A DNA stretch of 63,388 nucleotides, counting the filler, from Globobulimina sp. (Eukaryota), in assembly GCA_003354225.1 (NCBI GenBank). It is 22 parts of 22 records of this genome, joined end to end, with 100 filler letters (N's around TTAATTAATTAA, not from the genome) between each part and the next. Parts side by side here need not be neighbours in the genome. Positions count along the whole stretch, not along the records: positions 34,644 to 37,428 come from PIVH01004897.1; positions 37,529 to 40,313 come from PIVH01004898.1; positions 40,414 to 43,198 come from PIVH01004899.1; positions 43,299 to 46,083 come from PIVH01004900.1; 18 more parts are not named here. One strand, 5' to 3'. Every line of letters begins with the position of its first letter. Within the stretch, counting starts at the first letter, position 1. Made by a program: the position numbers and the translations under genes. The notes below the pieces were generated by a model. That model was not told where the DNA came from and ran no database searches. It worked only from the letters and a program-made list of their open reading frames with translations. Below, piece after piece: positions 34,644-46,183 of this stretch.

Positions 34644-36506
34644 ACGTAATCTTGTGGACATACCTTTGTTATGTGTTACACAAACCTCTATGAAGTATAA
34701 CAATAACCGCATGGATAACAACATCACAGTACAGACGAATATTGATGGAAATGGATTGTCAAATTGTAACGCAGATCGGAGTGTGTTTATTTTCACTTTG
34801 TGAAAGACCATTGCTTCACAAAAATGTTTTTTCTCTGTCGATATTTGTAAATCATGATTGTGTACTTTAATATTTGCAGTGTTTTCAAAAATTGAATCTG
34901 AATATATTGCAGTTTGCAACTGTTCCAACCATCGAACATCATCATTACCACAATAACTGGACTGTAATTTTTCATGCTTGTTTGTTTTTGACTGTGCGTA
35001 ACCCATACTAAATGAAAATCCATTTATTTTTGGATAATATCCAAATATAAAAGAACACATTTCATCTTCAGAATATATGCCTCCATTTGTGATATCTGTC
35101 CTTTCTGACGTATCATAAAAACAATGCATTCTCAACGTATCATTTTTGTGAATTTGTACAAATTTATGCTGTGGAAACTGGCGATCAAAATCATAATATT
35201 CGGTTTCAAATATTGTTTCTACTTTATTCGCTCTAATTCTATCGATTCTCTGTGATACGCCAGTGCTATGCATATGTGCTGCTCCAATAAAAATGGTAAT
35301 GCCATCATCAGAAATGAACTGATTTGTGCATTCATTTGTCAGTGCAACTATCACTTCATTATTTCTGACACCTGGAGGTAAATGCAGGGAATCAAGTGCA
35401 GTCCCCATATAAAATAATTGTACTTCATTTTTTGCAGGATTTGGTTGATGATAAATACGAAGTCCACTTTGTTCATTGTAGAACTCTTTTTGCAGTTTGT
35501 CAACAGGTTCATAATGTACTTGCAAAACTTTTACGCCTGCTTCTAACCGCGAGTAAACATTTGCTGGAAGTTGAACTAAACCTGTGCCGATTGCTGCAGT
35601 CGCAGTTAATTTACAATCCATGATTTCAGGATATACATCGCGTGCACATGAGAATACCGTGCCGTTGTGGTGGTTTGTTCCAATGTCAGGGCAGTCATAC
35701 AAATTCACATGATGAAAAATGTCTAAACTGCCAATCATCTGATACGCAACAATATTCACTGCTACTTTTATTTCAAATTGAAAACATTTATATTGAGGCT
35801 CATTTTTTATGTTGGTTGGTGGGAGTACTGTATCAAAATAATCTTTACCGTCAATGTCTGTAACAAACACATTTTCATCCATCCATAAATTGATGCTTTT
35901 AAGTGTTCTCTTTGTGTGAAAACTAAATACGAAGTTTGTGAAGGATAACTCAGGAATTAATGGATCATTTCCATTGTACGCAACAATGACATTATGTTTG
36001 AACTTGTCTGGCACTAACTCATTGTCTTCTTCATCACATGTGACTAAATAACGAGACATTTGAACAATAGTGGTGTGAGTGTTTGAATCAATGGACAAAT
36101 ATTCTAATTTCCAGTCTTGTATTTTATCCAATCGAGGTTGCCTAAAATCTGTAGAGAATGCGTCATAAATTTGTCCACCATCGAATAATGAAACGATAGC
36201 GATATCAGCTCCTTTCATTGCTGTGTCAGATAAACCAAAACCAATCCATGCAGTTGGTAAATACACAGGCACAACAAGTTCAAATGAAACACGTTGCGAA
36301 TGTGGGAATACAGTCCATGATAAATTCACGTTGATGTTCTGAAGGTTTACTGCGAAATCTTGTTTTTCCCGCACATTTGATAAGTCTTTTGTGTGGAGAT
36401 AATTATCTCCCTTACATAACACGGTTGCTGTGAGCAGTGTTATTGTCAGTGGAATCAACTGTAATACGAGTTTTGTTGCACTATTGCAATTTGTCGAAAA
36501 CATCAT
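34644..36506 (-). CDS. DOMON plus copper type II ascorbate-dependent monooxygenase (DBH/MOXD1-like), 3' truncated
   Basis: Signal peptide; DOMON WIGFGLS..MKGADI..D.IQDW..RYLVTCD; copper ligands FHH, QVHY, AHMH, EDEMC; then a TM segment. Confidence 0.9.
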
Positions 36507-36597
36507 TTTCTGGAAGAAGTTTTTTTTATTTCTATAAATAACTGAGATCTCCGAGATCTCGATTATGAAGATTGTAGCTGATATTTCGCAAATTAAT

Positions 36598-36737
36598 CCC
36601 TTCATACCCTTTGCATTAGTAAATAATTGCACATTTACCCTTCATACCCTATTGTACCCTTTGCAAATGGGGTGAATTTGAACCCTTGGTACCCTTTGCA
36701 AATGTTGGATCTGGAACCCTTTGTACCCTTTGCAAAA
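36598..36737. repeat. Short dispersed direct repeats of ACCCTTTGCA upstream of the monooxygenase
   Basis: Four copies of (t)accctttgca plus partial ataccct/aaccct copies. Confidence 0.7.
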
Positions 36738-37131
36738 AATGTCATGTCTGCAAGGGGGGGGGGGCTTAGAATGCAAAAGTAACTGATACATTGTCATGTA
36801 AGCAAAACAATAATGATTCCATGACGATATTGTCATGGGAAATGAGGAAAGAAGAGGCATCAAACGTAAAAATGAACATTTTTACACTGAAAATAATAAA
36901 AATGCAAACAATAAAAGGAAGCTAATTTTTTTCAGTCAACTTTGGATATATTTTGACTGTGTCCTCAACATTTAATTCCACAAATCCTTGATTTGTTCTG
37001 GATAAATGTTCTGTATATTGAAGTAATAGTTTTGGAACAGATATTGAGTATAATCAGTGTTTTTTTTGTGAAGTTTGTGTTTTTTATATTTATTGATAGC
37101 CTTTGGTTGTTGTGCATGGCTGAGGTTAAGA

Positions 37132-37303
37132 TTGTACATAGAAATTTTGATCATATCTATATATGATATGATCACATGACTACATATATGTGTACATAGA
37201 GACTTTGATCATATCTATATATATATATATATATGATATGATCACATGACTACATATATGTGTACCTAGAGATTTTGATCATATCTATATATGATATGAT
37301 CAC
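37132..37303. repeat. Tandem repeat, about 3 units of 58-68 bp with a variable (TA)n core
   Basis: tttgatcatatct(at)n gatatgatcacatgactacatatatgtgtac repeated. Confidence 0.85.
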
Positions 37304-37528
37304 ACAACTAAAAATATTTTTTTTGGTAGTGCTTTGAACTTGATTTTGCTAAATTATACAGAAAAAAGTTTTTTTGTGTGATAATTAATGACTAATTATC
37401 GTCATAATTCAAACCTCACAAATCATAANNNNNNNNNNNNNNNNNNNNNNNNNNNNNNNNNNNNNNNNNNNNTTAATTAATTAANNNNNNNNNNNNNNNN
37501 NNNNNNNNNNNNNNNNNNNNNNNNNNNN

Positions 37529-38015
37529 GATAAAACACACAAGAACACGCATTTAAGACACATGAACATCGGTTTTGTTTGTTGAAATAATGATTGATTT
37601 TATACATGACAATGCATGATATTATGGAGAGAATGATATATAAAATTATTTCAGAAAAGCTATGCGAAATAAGTATTGTTTCAATACGTCCTCTGATTCT
37701 ATTTGGACCCGTTTGGCTCAACGTACCCAATGCAAATTCATATTCAATGTAGGATGCAATAAATAAGAAGATGAGCAATATTAATATTGTATTAATTGCC
37801 AGCAGTTTGGAGCCAGATTTTGCATGAACTGTTTGGGATTGTTGTCCATTTTTTGAATTTGATGATGATTTCTCATAGTTTTGGAATAATAGGATGGTGA
37901 TTAGCAATATTATGAGTCCAAATAATTGGCCAATGATTTGAACCTTTACTGTCGGCGGACAAGTAAGATCCATATAAATTGTAGAAGGCAGAAATATATC
38001 GGATCGAGTGTCCAT
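37529..38015 (-). CDS. Multi-pass membrane protein, 3' truncated
   Basis: Three hydrophobic helices within 165 aa. Confidence 0.55.
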
Positions 38016-38113
38016 GTTTGTGATGACTGTACTAGTTTAAATTGGACATTTAAAAAAAAAAAAACTTTATTTTTTCAATACCGACACAGTCGAAAGAAGC
38101 ACAAAGCACACAA

Positions 38114-39511
38114 ATGAAAGTGAAAGTGGTCAATGCCGAAGATATTCGAGTATGGAGATACAATGACAAATATAATTATGATGAGTTGAATGCATTTATT
38201 TCTTCGACCTGGAATATTATTTATGGAGAATATATCATTCAATTTGAAGATGATGAAAATGATTTGATGACAATTGCCTCAGCCATTGATTTAAAGGATG
38301 CATTTGATTGTGCTCAGTCTGAAAATAAAAAATCATTAAAAATTTATATTCAACGTACGGTTAAAAATAAAGGTGTGGCCATACCAGCTATGCAAGCAAA
38401 ATGTGGTTCATTTGGTGAAATGGCTTTAGATTTCTTGAAGAACGCAGAGATTAAAAAATTATTAGCTCAATTATTTGGTGTATTAATTGCAAGAATTATT
38501 AATTCAAATATTTCAGATGCACAATATAGAAAATATGCAAAATATAGAAAATTAAGAAAAATTGGCGTGCCGCAACAAAGTATTATTAACCGAATGAAAT
38601 TGGATGGTTTCACGCCAAACGAAATTAATATTTTTATTGAAAACAAATTTCAAACCAAACAAAAAATAGCGGCAAAATATGCAAAATTTATTAAATTACA
38701 AAAAATCAAAATGCCGCAACAAAGTATTGCGAATAAAATGAAATTTGATGGTTTCAGCGAAACCGAAATTATTTTTTTTTTTGCGGAAACACAAACCAAA
38801 CGTAAACGGTTAAAAATTGCAGAAATTATAAATTTTTTAAATGAAATAATAAAAAATTCAGTCATCACTCAACATGAACTATATGCAAAATATGGCGATA
38901 TTTTAATAGCATATATTGCAGAAAAAATATTCCATCAACAATCAGTGTATCAACATTTTAAATTCCATACATTACAAACATGGATGAAAAAAGTAATGGG
39001 TATTTTATGTGAAAATATGTTGGAAAATGGCAAAAAGGATTTTAATGCAATTAGAAATATGACAGAGTCGCAGTTTGCATTCCCATCAGATACAGATTAT
39101 GGAGAAGCTATCCATTTTGGTATTGGATGCAATGAATGTGAGTGTGATCCAATAATTGGTGAACGGTATAAATGTTCGGTGTGTTTGGATGTCAATTTCT
39201 GTGTAAAATGTCAACGGAATCATAACGAAAGACATCCATTGATGCAATTTAAGAAATCAGTTGTTTTTACTGAAGAGAAAGGAGCAGATTCGTGTGATGA
39301 GTGTGATGGTAATAATATTCAATGTATTTGTGGCAAGAAAATGGAATCTGTGGTGGCAAAGAGAGCATATAATTGGACAGATATTGTATTTTGCGATTTT
39401 TGTGATAAAAAATATGTTAACGAGATGGTGTATCATTGTCCAAATGGAAGGCATACTATGCATGCATGGGGCTACGATGTGTGCGGAGATTGTGTTTCCA
39501 AACATTTTTAA
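38114..39511 (+). CDS. PB1 + two CCDC53/WASH-like helical repeats + ZZ zinc finger + extra Cys-rich finger (p62/NBR1-like)
   Basis: MKVKV..DIR...IQFEDDENDLMTIASAIDL (PB1 OPCA motif); KYAKYRKLRKIGVPQQSIINRMKLDGF twice; HFGIGCNEC...IIGERYKCSVCLDVNFCVKC..H..H (ZZ). Confidence 0.85.
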   Translation: MKVKVVNAEDIRVWRYNDKYNYDELNAFISSTWNIIYGEYIIQFEDDENDLMTIASAIDLKDAFDCAQSENKKSLKIYIQRTVKNKGVAIPAMQAKCGSFGEMALDFLKNAEIKKLLAQLFGVLIARIINSNISDAQYRKYAKYRKLRKIGVPQQSIINRMKLDGFTPNEINIFIENKFQTKQKIAAKYAKFIKLQKIKMPQQSIANKMKFDGFSETEIIFFFAETQTKRKRLKIAEIINFLNEIIKNSVITQHELYAKYGDILIAYIAEKIFHQQSVYQHFKFHTLQTWMKKVMGILCENMLENGKKDFNAIRNMTESQFAFPSDTDYGEAIHFGIGCNECECDPIIGERYKCSVCLDVNFCVKCQRNHNERHPLMQFKKSVVFTEEKGADSCDECDGNNIQCICGKKMESVVAKRAYNWTDIVFCDFCDKKYVNEMVYHCPNGRHTMHAWGYDVCGDCVSKHF

Positions 39512-39684
39512 TTTTTAGCAACATTATATTTGTCTGGTCGTGTTTTATAATAATATTTTTCGTTTTGCATAAAAAACTTTTTGTCTTGCTTTGTTTTTTA
39601 TTTCTTTCAAACATTGCTCATCCATCAACGTCTATATACAGAATATTCCCTGCTTAGCCATTACATATTAAACCGGTCTGAAAC

Positions 39685-40313
39685 ATGGGTTGTTCTATGC
39701 AGCCCATAGCGCCCGAACCAAAATACATTTTGCAATCAGAATTGCATCATTTGATAGAAACGCCGTCTGAGGCTTTAAATAATTGTCTAATCATTGATGT
39801 TCGAGACGCATTAATGGATTATGATGGTGGATATGTCAAAGGTTCCGTTCATATCTCTCATAAAATATTCCATGATAAAATTTCCGAAACGTTTAGCAAA
39901 TTCCATACTAAAAGCAAAGTAATATTGTGCGATATGTATGGCTCAATTTCGGGACGATCCATTTTGTGTTCTCAACATTATCACAATTGCAGGAAAGAAA
40001 TTGTCTCCAATTATTCGCGGAAAAGTGCAAAATCATACTATTACGTTAACGTATTTGAAGATGATCAAAAACAGAAAAACGAAAACAACAAAGCCAACAA
40101 ACGAAGAGTTGATATCATCTGCGATTCGGAAATGATTTCCAATTTACAAAAACAGGATGTTTGTGTGTTGCGAGGCGGTGTTTTCGAATTAGTCAACAGT
40201 CCCTTTGCTAGCATTATTCATAATTTTGATGAGTCAAAATGGGAACAATTAGAAATCGCTGCGCTTTATGATCATAAAATGTGGTATCATAAGAAAGAAT
40301 ACTTTGCCACAGC
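39685..40313 (+). CDS. Cdc25/Acr2-like rhodanese protein with acylation-type N-terminus
   Basis: MGC start; LIIDVRD..DYDGGYVKGSVHI and VCVLRGG; active-site loop altered to LCDMYGSISGR. Confidence 0.65.
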
Positions 40314-40413
40314 NNNNNNNNNNNNNNNNNNNNNNNNNNNNNNNNNNNNNNNNNNNNTTAATTAATTAANNNNNNNNNNNNNNNNNNNNNNNNNNNNNNN
40401 NNNNNNNNNNNNN

Positions 40414-40751
40414 ATTGGCTGTATCAATGTGGCAATGGTTCAACTAAAACTGTATATTTACCACAACCAAATGAAACATTAAAAAAGGAAACAATTATTG
40501 ATATTAAATGTGGCAGACATCATAATATTATTAAAACAGTGGCTAATAAATATTATTTATGGGGATATAATGAATATAATCAATGTTTATATGTATCAAC
40601 ATCAATTTGGTCCTATTTTTCTGATGCAAAGGCACCAAAATATATTAAGAAACCCTTATTATTTAATTCAAATTATTTTGATAAAGATGAAGAAATTCTT
40701 GAAATGTATCCTGGATTTAATGAGACCCGAATAATAATTTGTAAAATTTAA
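40414..40751 (+). CDS. RCC1-repeat protein, C-terminal end
   Basis: QCGNG...P...IIDIKCGRHHNII.T...YYLWGYNEYNQC. Confidence 0.75.
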
Positions 40752-40816
40752 ATGAACATTTAAAAGACTCATTTGTGTATTTTAGTTTGTTGTTGTTTCA
40801 ATTGTGAGAGAGCAAG

Positions 40817-42606
40817 TCAACCCATTATAAATGCTTTAGAATAGGACGTGTTATAAAGTAGAAACACTTGAAAAACGACAAAAAATATAAAAATGTGATG
40901 ATTGGGATTTGAACCCAAATCTTCTTGAATAAGATGCTCCCATTGAGCTATCATCACAGTCAATTGATCCATACTCGGGAACGGGTCCGACGGCGGCGAT
41001 AAGGGAATGGAGCTCTGTCCGGGAAATATAGGTTTGCGCGACTTGCAGGAACGCAGATTCTCCTTCAACATTTGCAGCAATTCGCCAAAGATACAGCCCA
41101 CACTCCACATATCCACAGCGCCTAAATATTGCCGCCGTTGCTGCAGCAAAATCACTTCGGGCGAGCGGTACCACCGAGTCACCACATGCTGCGTCAACTT
41201 CCTCCGCCCATTGTTGGCCGAGTTGCGCTTCGACCGCATCGCGCCGCGAATGAGGCCTTTGTGCTGCTGCGGTTTCTTGCATTGCTGCGCAAACTCTCTC
41301 TGCTGCGCAAATTGCTGGTTATTGAAGGTGCAGCGCGCCAGTCCGAAGTCGCAGATTTTCAGCGAAACGTCCTCGTTCACCAAAATGTTGGCGGGCTTCA
41401 GGTCGCGGTGGAAGATGTTGAGAGAATGCATGAACTTGAGGCCCAGCAAGATCTGGTACAGCATGTACTGTACATGCAATTTGGTAAAGTATTGGTCCGA
41501 TTGGATCAGGCGACTTAAGTCAGTATCGATGAACTCGAACACTAAGATGATTTGGTCGAAGCTCTCGAAGTTTCGGGGCGGCAAAATGTCGATTAACTGC
41601 ACGATGCTGTCGAAGCCACGCAAAACGCGCAAGATCTTGAGCTCTCGCAACAAGCGCTTGGCGTCGATCCGGTTGTGGAATATCTTCAATATCTTCTTGA
41701 TCGCCACTTTCTTGCCGCTCGCCGTGTGTCTGCCCTCCGCCACATAGCCATAAGCGCCGTGCCCTAAATAGCGCACAAATTGGTAGCGGCCGTCCAGTTC
41801 TTCCACGGGGAAATACTCCGCGCCACGGACGTGATGTTGCGCCTTTTTGTTGCATTTGGGTTTGGAAGGCGAGACTTGCGGCGACGGCTTCTTTTCGTCC
41901 ATCTCATTGTCGGCGGTGGTGTAGCCGTGGTATGACGGCGGTTTTTTGTGCGCCCATTTTTCTTTTTGTTTGAGAGTGTATTCGTCTTCTTCGGCAATGG
42001 TGGCGTCGTCGTCTGGTATCGCCACGGCGTCCGAGTCCATGTCGTCGTCGTCGTCGTCGTCGGTGGTGTCATCGCCGACATTCTCAGGGCGTGGAGTTGT
42101 GATTGGTTTCAAGCATTCCTTTCTGAAATGAGAGGTTTGCAGCGCTTTGAATTTGCTTTTTTTGTGCTGGGCGCTGCTTTTTGGGCCTTCCTGATAGGTC
42201 AGTTTGTGCGGTCTGGGAGTGCATGGATGGTGGGCCAGGAGTTGGCGTGCCACATCTTCGTCGTTAATGCTTTCGATGTCGAGGTCTTCCGTTTGCTCAT
42301 TGGTGAAGCCGTTGTAATTGCTGTGTTTCTGCTTTTTGTTTTGGCAGTTTCTTTTGTTGTGGCTCGATGGCGAGGTCCCATTGGCTGCTTTTCTCTCTTT
42401 TGTTTTTGTTTTTGTTTTGTATTGTTTTGTTTTTGTATGCTATATATTTAATATGTATATTATATACCTGCTTTATAGTACACTTGATTTGGGTTTGGGT
42501 TTGGATTTGGAATCGCTTTGTTGTTCATTGCTAACAAATCTTCGTATATGTTAGAGTCTGATTGTTCAGATGATGAAGAAGGTTGGGATTGCGGTGACGT
42601 TAGCAT
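40817..42606 (-). CDS. MAP kinase with TQH activation loop; 44-nt intron 42440-42483; 3' end probably chimeric
   Basis: LGHGAYG, VAIKKI, DAKRLLRELKIL, HRDLKPANILVN, KICDFGLAR, LTQHVVTRWYRSPE, DMWSVGCIFGE; ATG at 42606 splices in frame. Confidence 0.9.
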
Positions 42607-42906
42607 TGTTGAAAGGCTTTTTGTAACTCACTAGAAAGAAACAATACAAACAGTTTTGCGCATCGTTCACATTTTAATTAATTCAATACGGTGTTTGTTT
42701 TCATCTGCATACAGCATCGGATTGTCAATTTCCTCGACAAAAATAGATATTTATATCCAGTCAATTCCGCCATAATTTAACTTGGTCCATTCTCTGTCTC
42801 TTTCAGGTGCATATTATTTTTATGTGCGTGCTTTGCAGAGTGCACTCAGTGCAGTTCATTTTCTTGTTTAATTACGCAGTTTTGAGTGAAATAACTTTAA
42901 GGAAAA

Positions 42907-43198
42907 ATGAACAATGCTGCCAGGAAAAGACGATCACAATTATTAGTAAGTGGATACGTTAGAAACTGTAGCACCCACTACATCCATACAGACATTATTA
43001 GCATCATTCACGCATTCCATTATTATATCCTATTGCTGCTATATTCTATCGGTAACAACGAATGGGGACAACAAGGAAACGGAGGAAATGAAGATATTCA
43101 AAAAATAACAAAAATAAAAACATTTGAAAAAGAAATACAAAATATTGTTACTTGTGGTGATTATAATGGTGTAGCAGCATGTATTTTATTTGATGATG
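42907..43198 (+). CDS. Protein with N-terminal 'LLVSGYVR' box followed by RCC1 repeats (3' truncated)
   Basis: RSQLLVSGYVRNCSTHYIHTDIISIIHAFH then LYSIGNNEWGQQGNG...IVTCG. Confidence 0.7.
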
Positions 43199-44235
43199 NN
43201 NNNNNNNNNNNNNNNNNNNNNNNNNNNNNNNNNNNNNNNNNNTTAATTAATTAANNNNNNNNNNNNNNNNNNNNNNNNNNNNNNNNNNNNNNNNNNNNGT
43301 TGCAACCGACATTTTCATACACTTGCTTTTTATGCAACAATTGTTGGAACGAGATTCGAGCTAAACCGATGACAAAGCAAGAAGGAAAGATGCATTTGGA
43401 TTTGTCGATGTGTGATACGTGTGTGTCAACTAATGTACAGATGCGTTCCGTATTTACCAGCTGTGTTTTTGGTCAATGATAAAATATGTTATTAAAATAA
43501 CGTCAGTTCACAGATAATAACAGAATGCAGATAATAGGATAATAACAGAAAAGGCACAGATAATAACGTCTGTTCAAAATAAGACATAGATTTACAAAAC
43601 AAAAACAATTACAAGCTATGATAAAACTCTGGTCCCAATTTCCGTTTCTTAATTTTCACATAATGTTCAAACGATTTTGTCGGTTGATATATCAAACATG
43701 AGTCATTAAAGTGATCGATCGCAGCACAATCAACGGTCCATGCATCTAGTTCCTTTTTGAAGTATCCATGATTTTGCACTCCTCTGTATACGAACGCTCG
43801 TTGTTCTTTTGTAGGAACATAATAATGAGTTGTACTTAATTCACTGACTTTGATTGACTTAGATGATGAAAGGTGACTTCCTTGGGAACACCAATTTGGA
43901 CATTGGTTTCCTGGAAACAATGTCACGATTTTGGGAACAGGCCAAAGACCAACGACAAGCATTACACCTAAAATAGCATATAATGTAAGTATGTATATAT
44001 TATCTAGGTAGATAAGCAGTACTCTATTCCCCTTTCATATATTTAAAATTGCCGCCAGTATTTGTTAAGGTAGGCAACGTTCTGTGCGATTTTAACAATC
44101 TCCTTTTATATTGCATTAGATCGACCATTCGCCTCTCTACTACTTTAATTCCGTGCCTAGGCTTCTTTGTGTTGCTACACGCCTTTAAATATATCTATGT
44201 AAGTAAAACTATGCAACACAAATAGACACCAAATA

Positions 44236-44565
44236 TCAAAGAAACACATACACTATCGGATACCTACCATATCTGTAATCCCGAGGATCGCTGTAATTAA
44301 AACCAATGACCTCATTGTATTCTTGGAACAATAACAGCTTGGATGACTCAATACATACTGGTGGGGCTTCATTAATTAACTTCTGAATCAAAGGATACAC
44401 TTCTTCAATATTGAAAACAAAACCGGAACCATTTTCAGCTAAATTTTCTGTTTTGAAATGTTTTCGGATATGTTTAAGGTTACTTCTATACAACGGTATC
44501 ATAGAAACACAAGCCAAAATAGAACTTTTTGACACTTCGAACTGATAAATAATTTGGCTCGACAT
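44236..44565 (-). CDS. Small hypothetical protein
   Basis: ORF with TATA-like tataaa upstream; no recognised motif. Confidence 0.35.
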   Translation of the reverse strand: MSSQIIYQFEVSKSSILACVSMIPLYRSNLKHIRKHFKTENLAENGSGFVFNIEEVYPLIQKLINEAPPVCIESSKLLLFQEYNEVIGFNYSDPRDYRYGRYPIVYVFL

Positions 44566-44879
44566 TGCCACTTAACAGCAAATGGTATAAAGAAATAATG
44601 TTTCCTTTCGCGCAACAGAAATTTGACAGGTTGTAAATATATCAATCAAAAAAACTTGTGACAAGTGATAGATGACAGCAACATTGCCGAAAAAGAAAAC
44701 GGCTTGCCCCTTGTGATGTCATTCTTTCATGACGTGCATACAACAAGCTAGTGTAGTGTAGTTAAAATGAGTTTTTTTGTGCTTCTGAGTAATTGCAGTG
44801 TAGTAGTAACCTGCTTAGACCTGCCAGCCTTGCTGCCCTTTCCGCCGAAAAAGGAAGTAAACAGGTCATTTGAATCACG

Positions 44880-45188
44880 ATGGACGGTGAACGATTTGTT
44901 ACTATTTTATTCCAAGAGGCGTTTTTAGCAGAATACGGACCAATCGAGACAGAAACAGTTAGAACAGAGATATGGCAAAAAATGTCAACAAAACATAGAT
45001 CATTTTTTGAAAGCGTGGTACAGGTATTAGGACCTGCATATTTGTACATACCAATGATTACCGTTCCTGTCATGCGAAGAGACTTTTGTCGGACAATATT
45101 TAAGTGCAACTGGTTTGCCAACGAAGAAGACGCCATGATAGCAGTGTTGATATTTAAAAAATATGTAAACAAACTGTGTAAAAATTAA
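44880..45188 (+). CDS. Small hypothetical protein, 102 aa
   Basis: Intact ORF followed by AATAAA near 45212. Confidence 0.45.
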   Translation: MDGERFVTILFQEAFLAEYGPIETETVRTEIWQKMSTKHRSFFESVVQVLGPAYLYIPMITVPVMRRDFCRTIFKCNWFANEEDAMIAVLIFKKYVNKLCKN

Positions 45189-45455
45189 TTTTATAAGTTA
45201 AATTTTTTTACAATAAAAAATATCCCATATCATTAATTATCAGATAAACCCGTCAGACAGCTGACTAAGGTTATTAATCAACAATACGATTAGAGTTTGC
45301 CATTGTATAACATTACCAAAATTGACAGCGGCTCGCCTTTATGATGTCATATAGGCATGACATCATGCTCATGAGCCAAACGTCATGTGATTTGCATATC
45401 AAATACGAAATTTTCCACAACTTGGTCAGTCAGTCAGTGACATTTGTATGGAAAA

Positions 45456-46083
45456 ATGTCTGACGATAGCGAAACTTTGTCTGTTTCTAGTTTTAAAGAT
45501 ATGTATACACTTGGAATTCAGATTGGTGAGGGAGGATATGGATTGGTGTATGGGGGGTATTCAAAAGAACGGAAGCAAAAGGTCGCAGTGAAAGTCATAA
45601 AGAATGCAAGGATTAAATGTTTTCAGGAACTGGAAAATGGCGGTAAAATAGTGCCACAGGAAATTTTCATGTTGCAAAAGTGTGCCGAAATCACCAACGA
45701 CACGATCAAATTACTTGATTGGTATGAAAAGGTAGACGGATACATTTTGATTATGGAAAGACCCTTACCGAGCAAAGATTTGTGGTATTACATAACGGAA
45801 GATAATGGCTCAAAACTGACAGAAGCAGAATCCCTCCATTTTTTCAAACAAATAGTAAAAATAGTGCATGATCTGGCTAACAACGGTATTGTACATCGGG
45901 ATATCAAATGTGAAAACATTTTAGTTTTGTTGGAAACAAAGACTATTAAATTAATTGATTTTGGTGCTGCTATTTTTATTAACGAAGCCAAAAATGCTCC
46001 TTATCAGGGCACTCTTGTGTACACTTCACCCGAAATGATCGTTAGTCGAAATTTTTTACCATTACCGAAGACGATGAAACAGA
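45456..46083 (+). CDS. PIM-family Ser/Thr kinase, intronless, 3' truncated
   Basis: IGEGGYGLVYGG, VAVKVI, IVPQEI, IKLLDWYE...ILIMERPLPSKDL (PIM ERP hinge), FFKQIV, HRDIKCENIL, KLIDFG. Confidence 0.85.
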
Positions 46084-46183
46084 NNNNNNNNNNNNNNNNN
46101 NNNNNNNNNNNNNNNNNNNNNNNNNNNTTAATTAATTAANNNNNNNNNNNNNNNNNNNNNNNNNNNNNNNNNNNNNNNNNNNN

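Noticed and set aside
43510-43567. GATAATAAC repeats
   Set aside because: Short degenerate microsatellite-like repeat in a terminal intergenic region.
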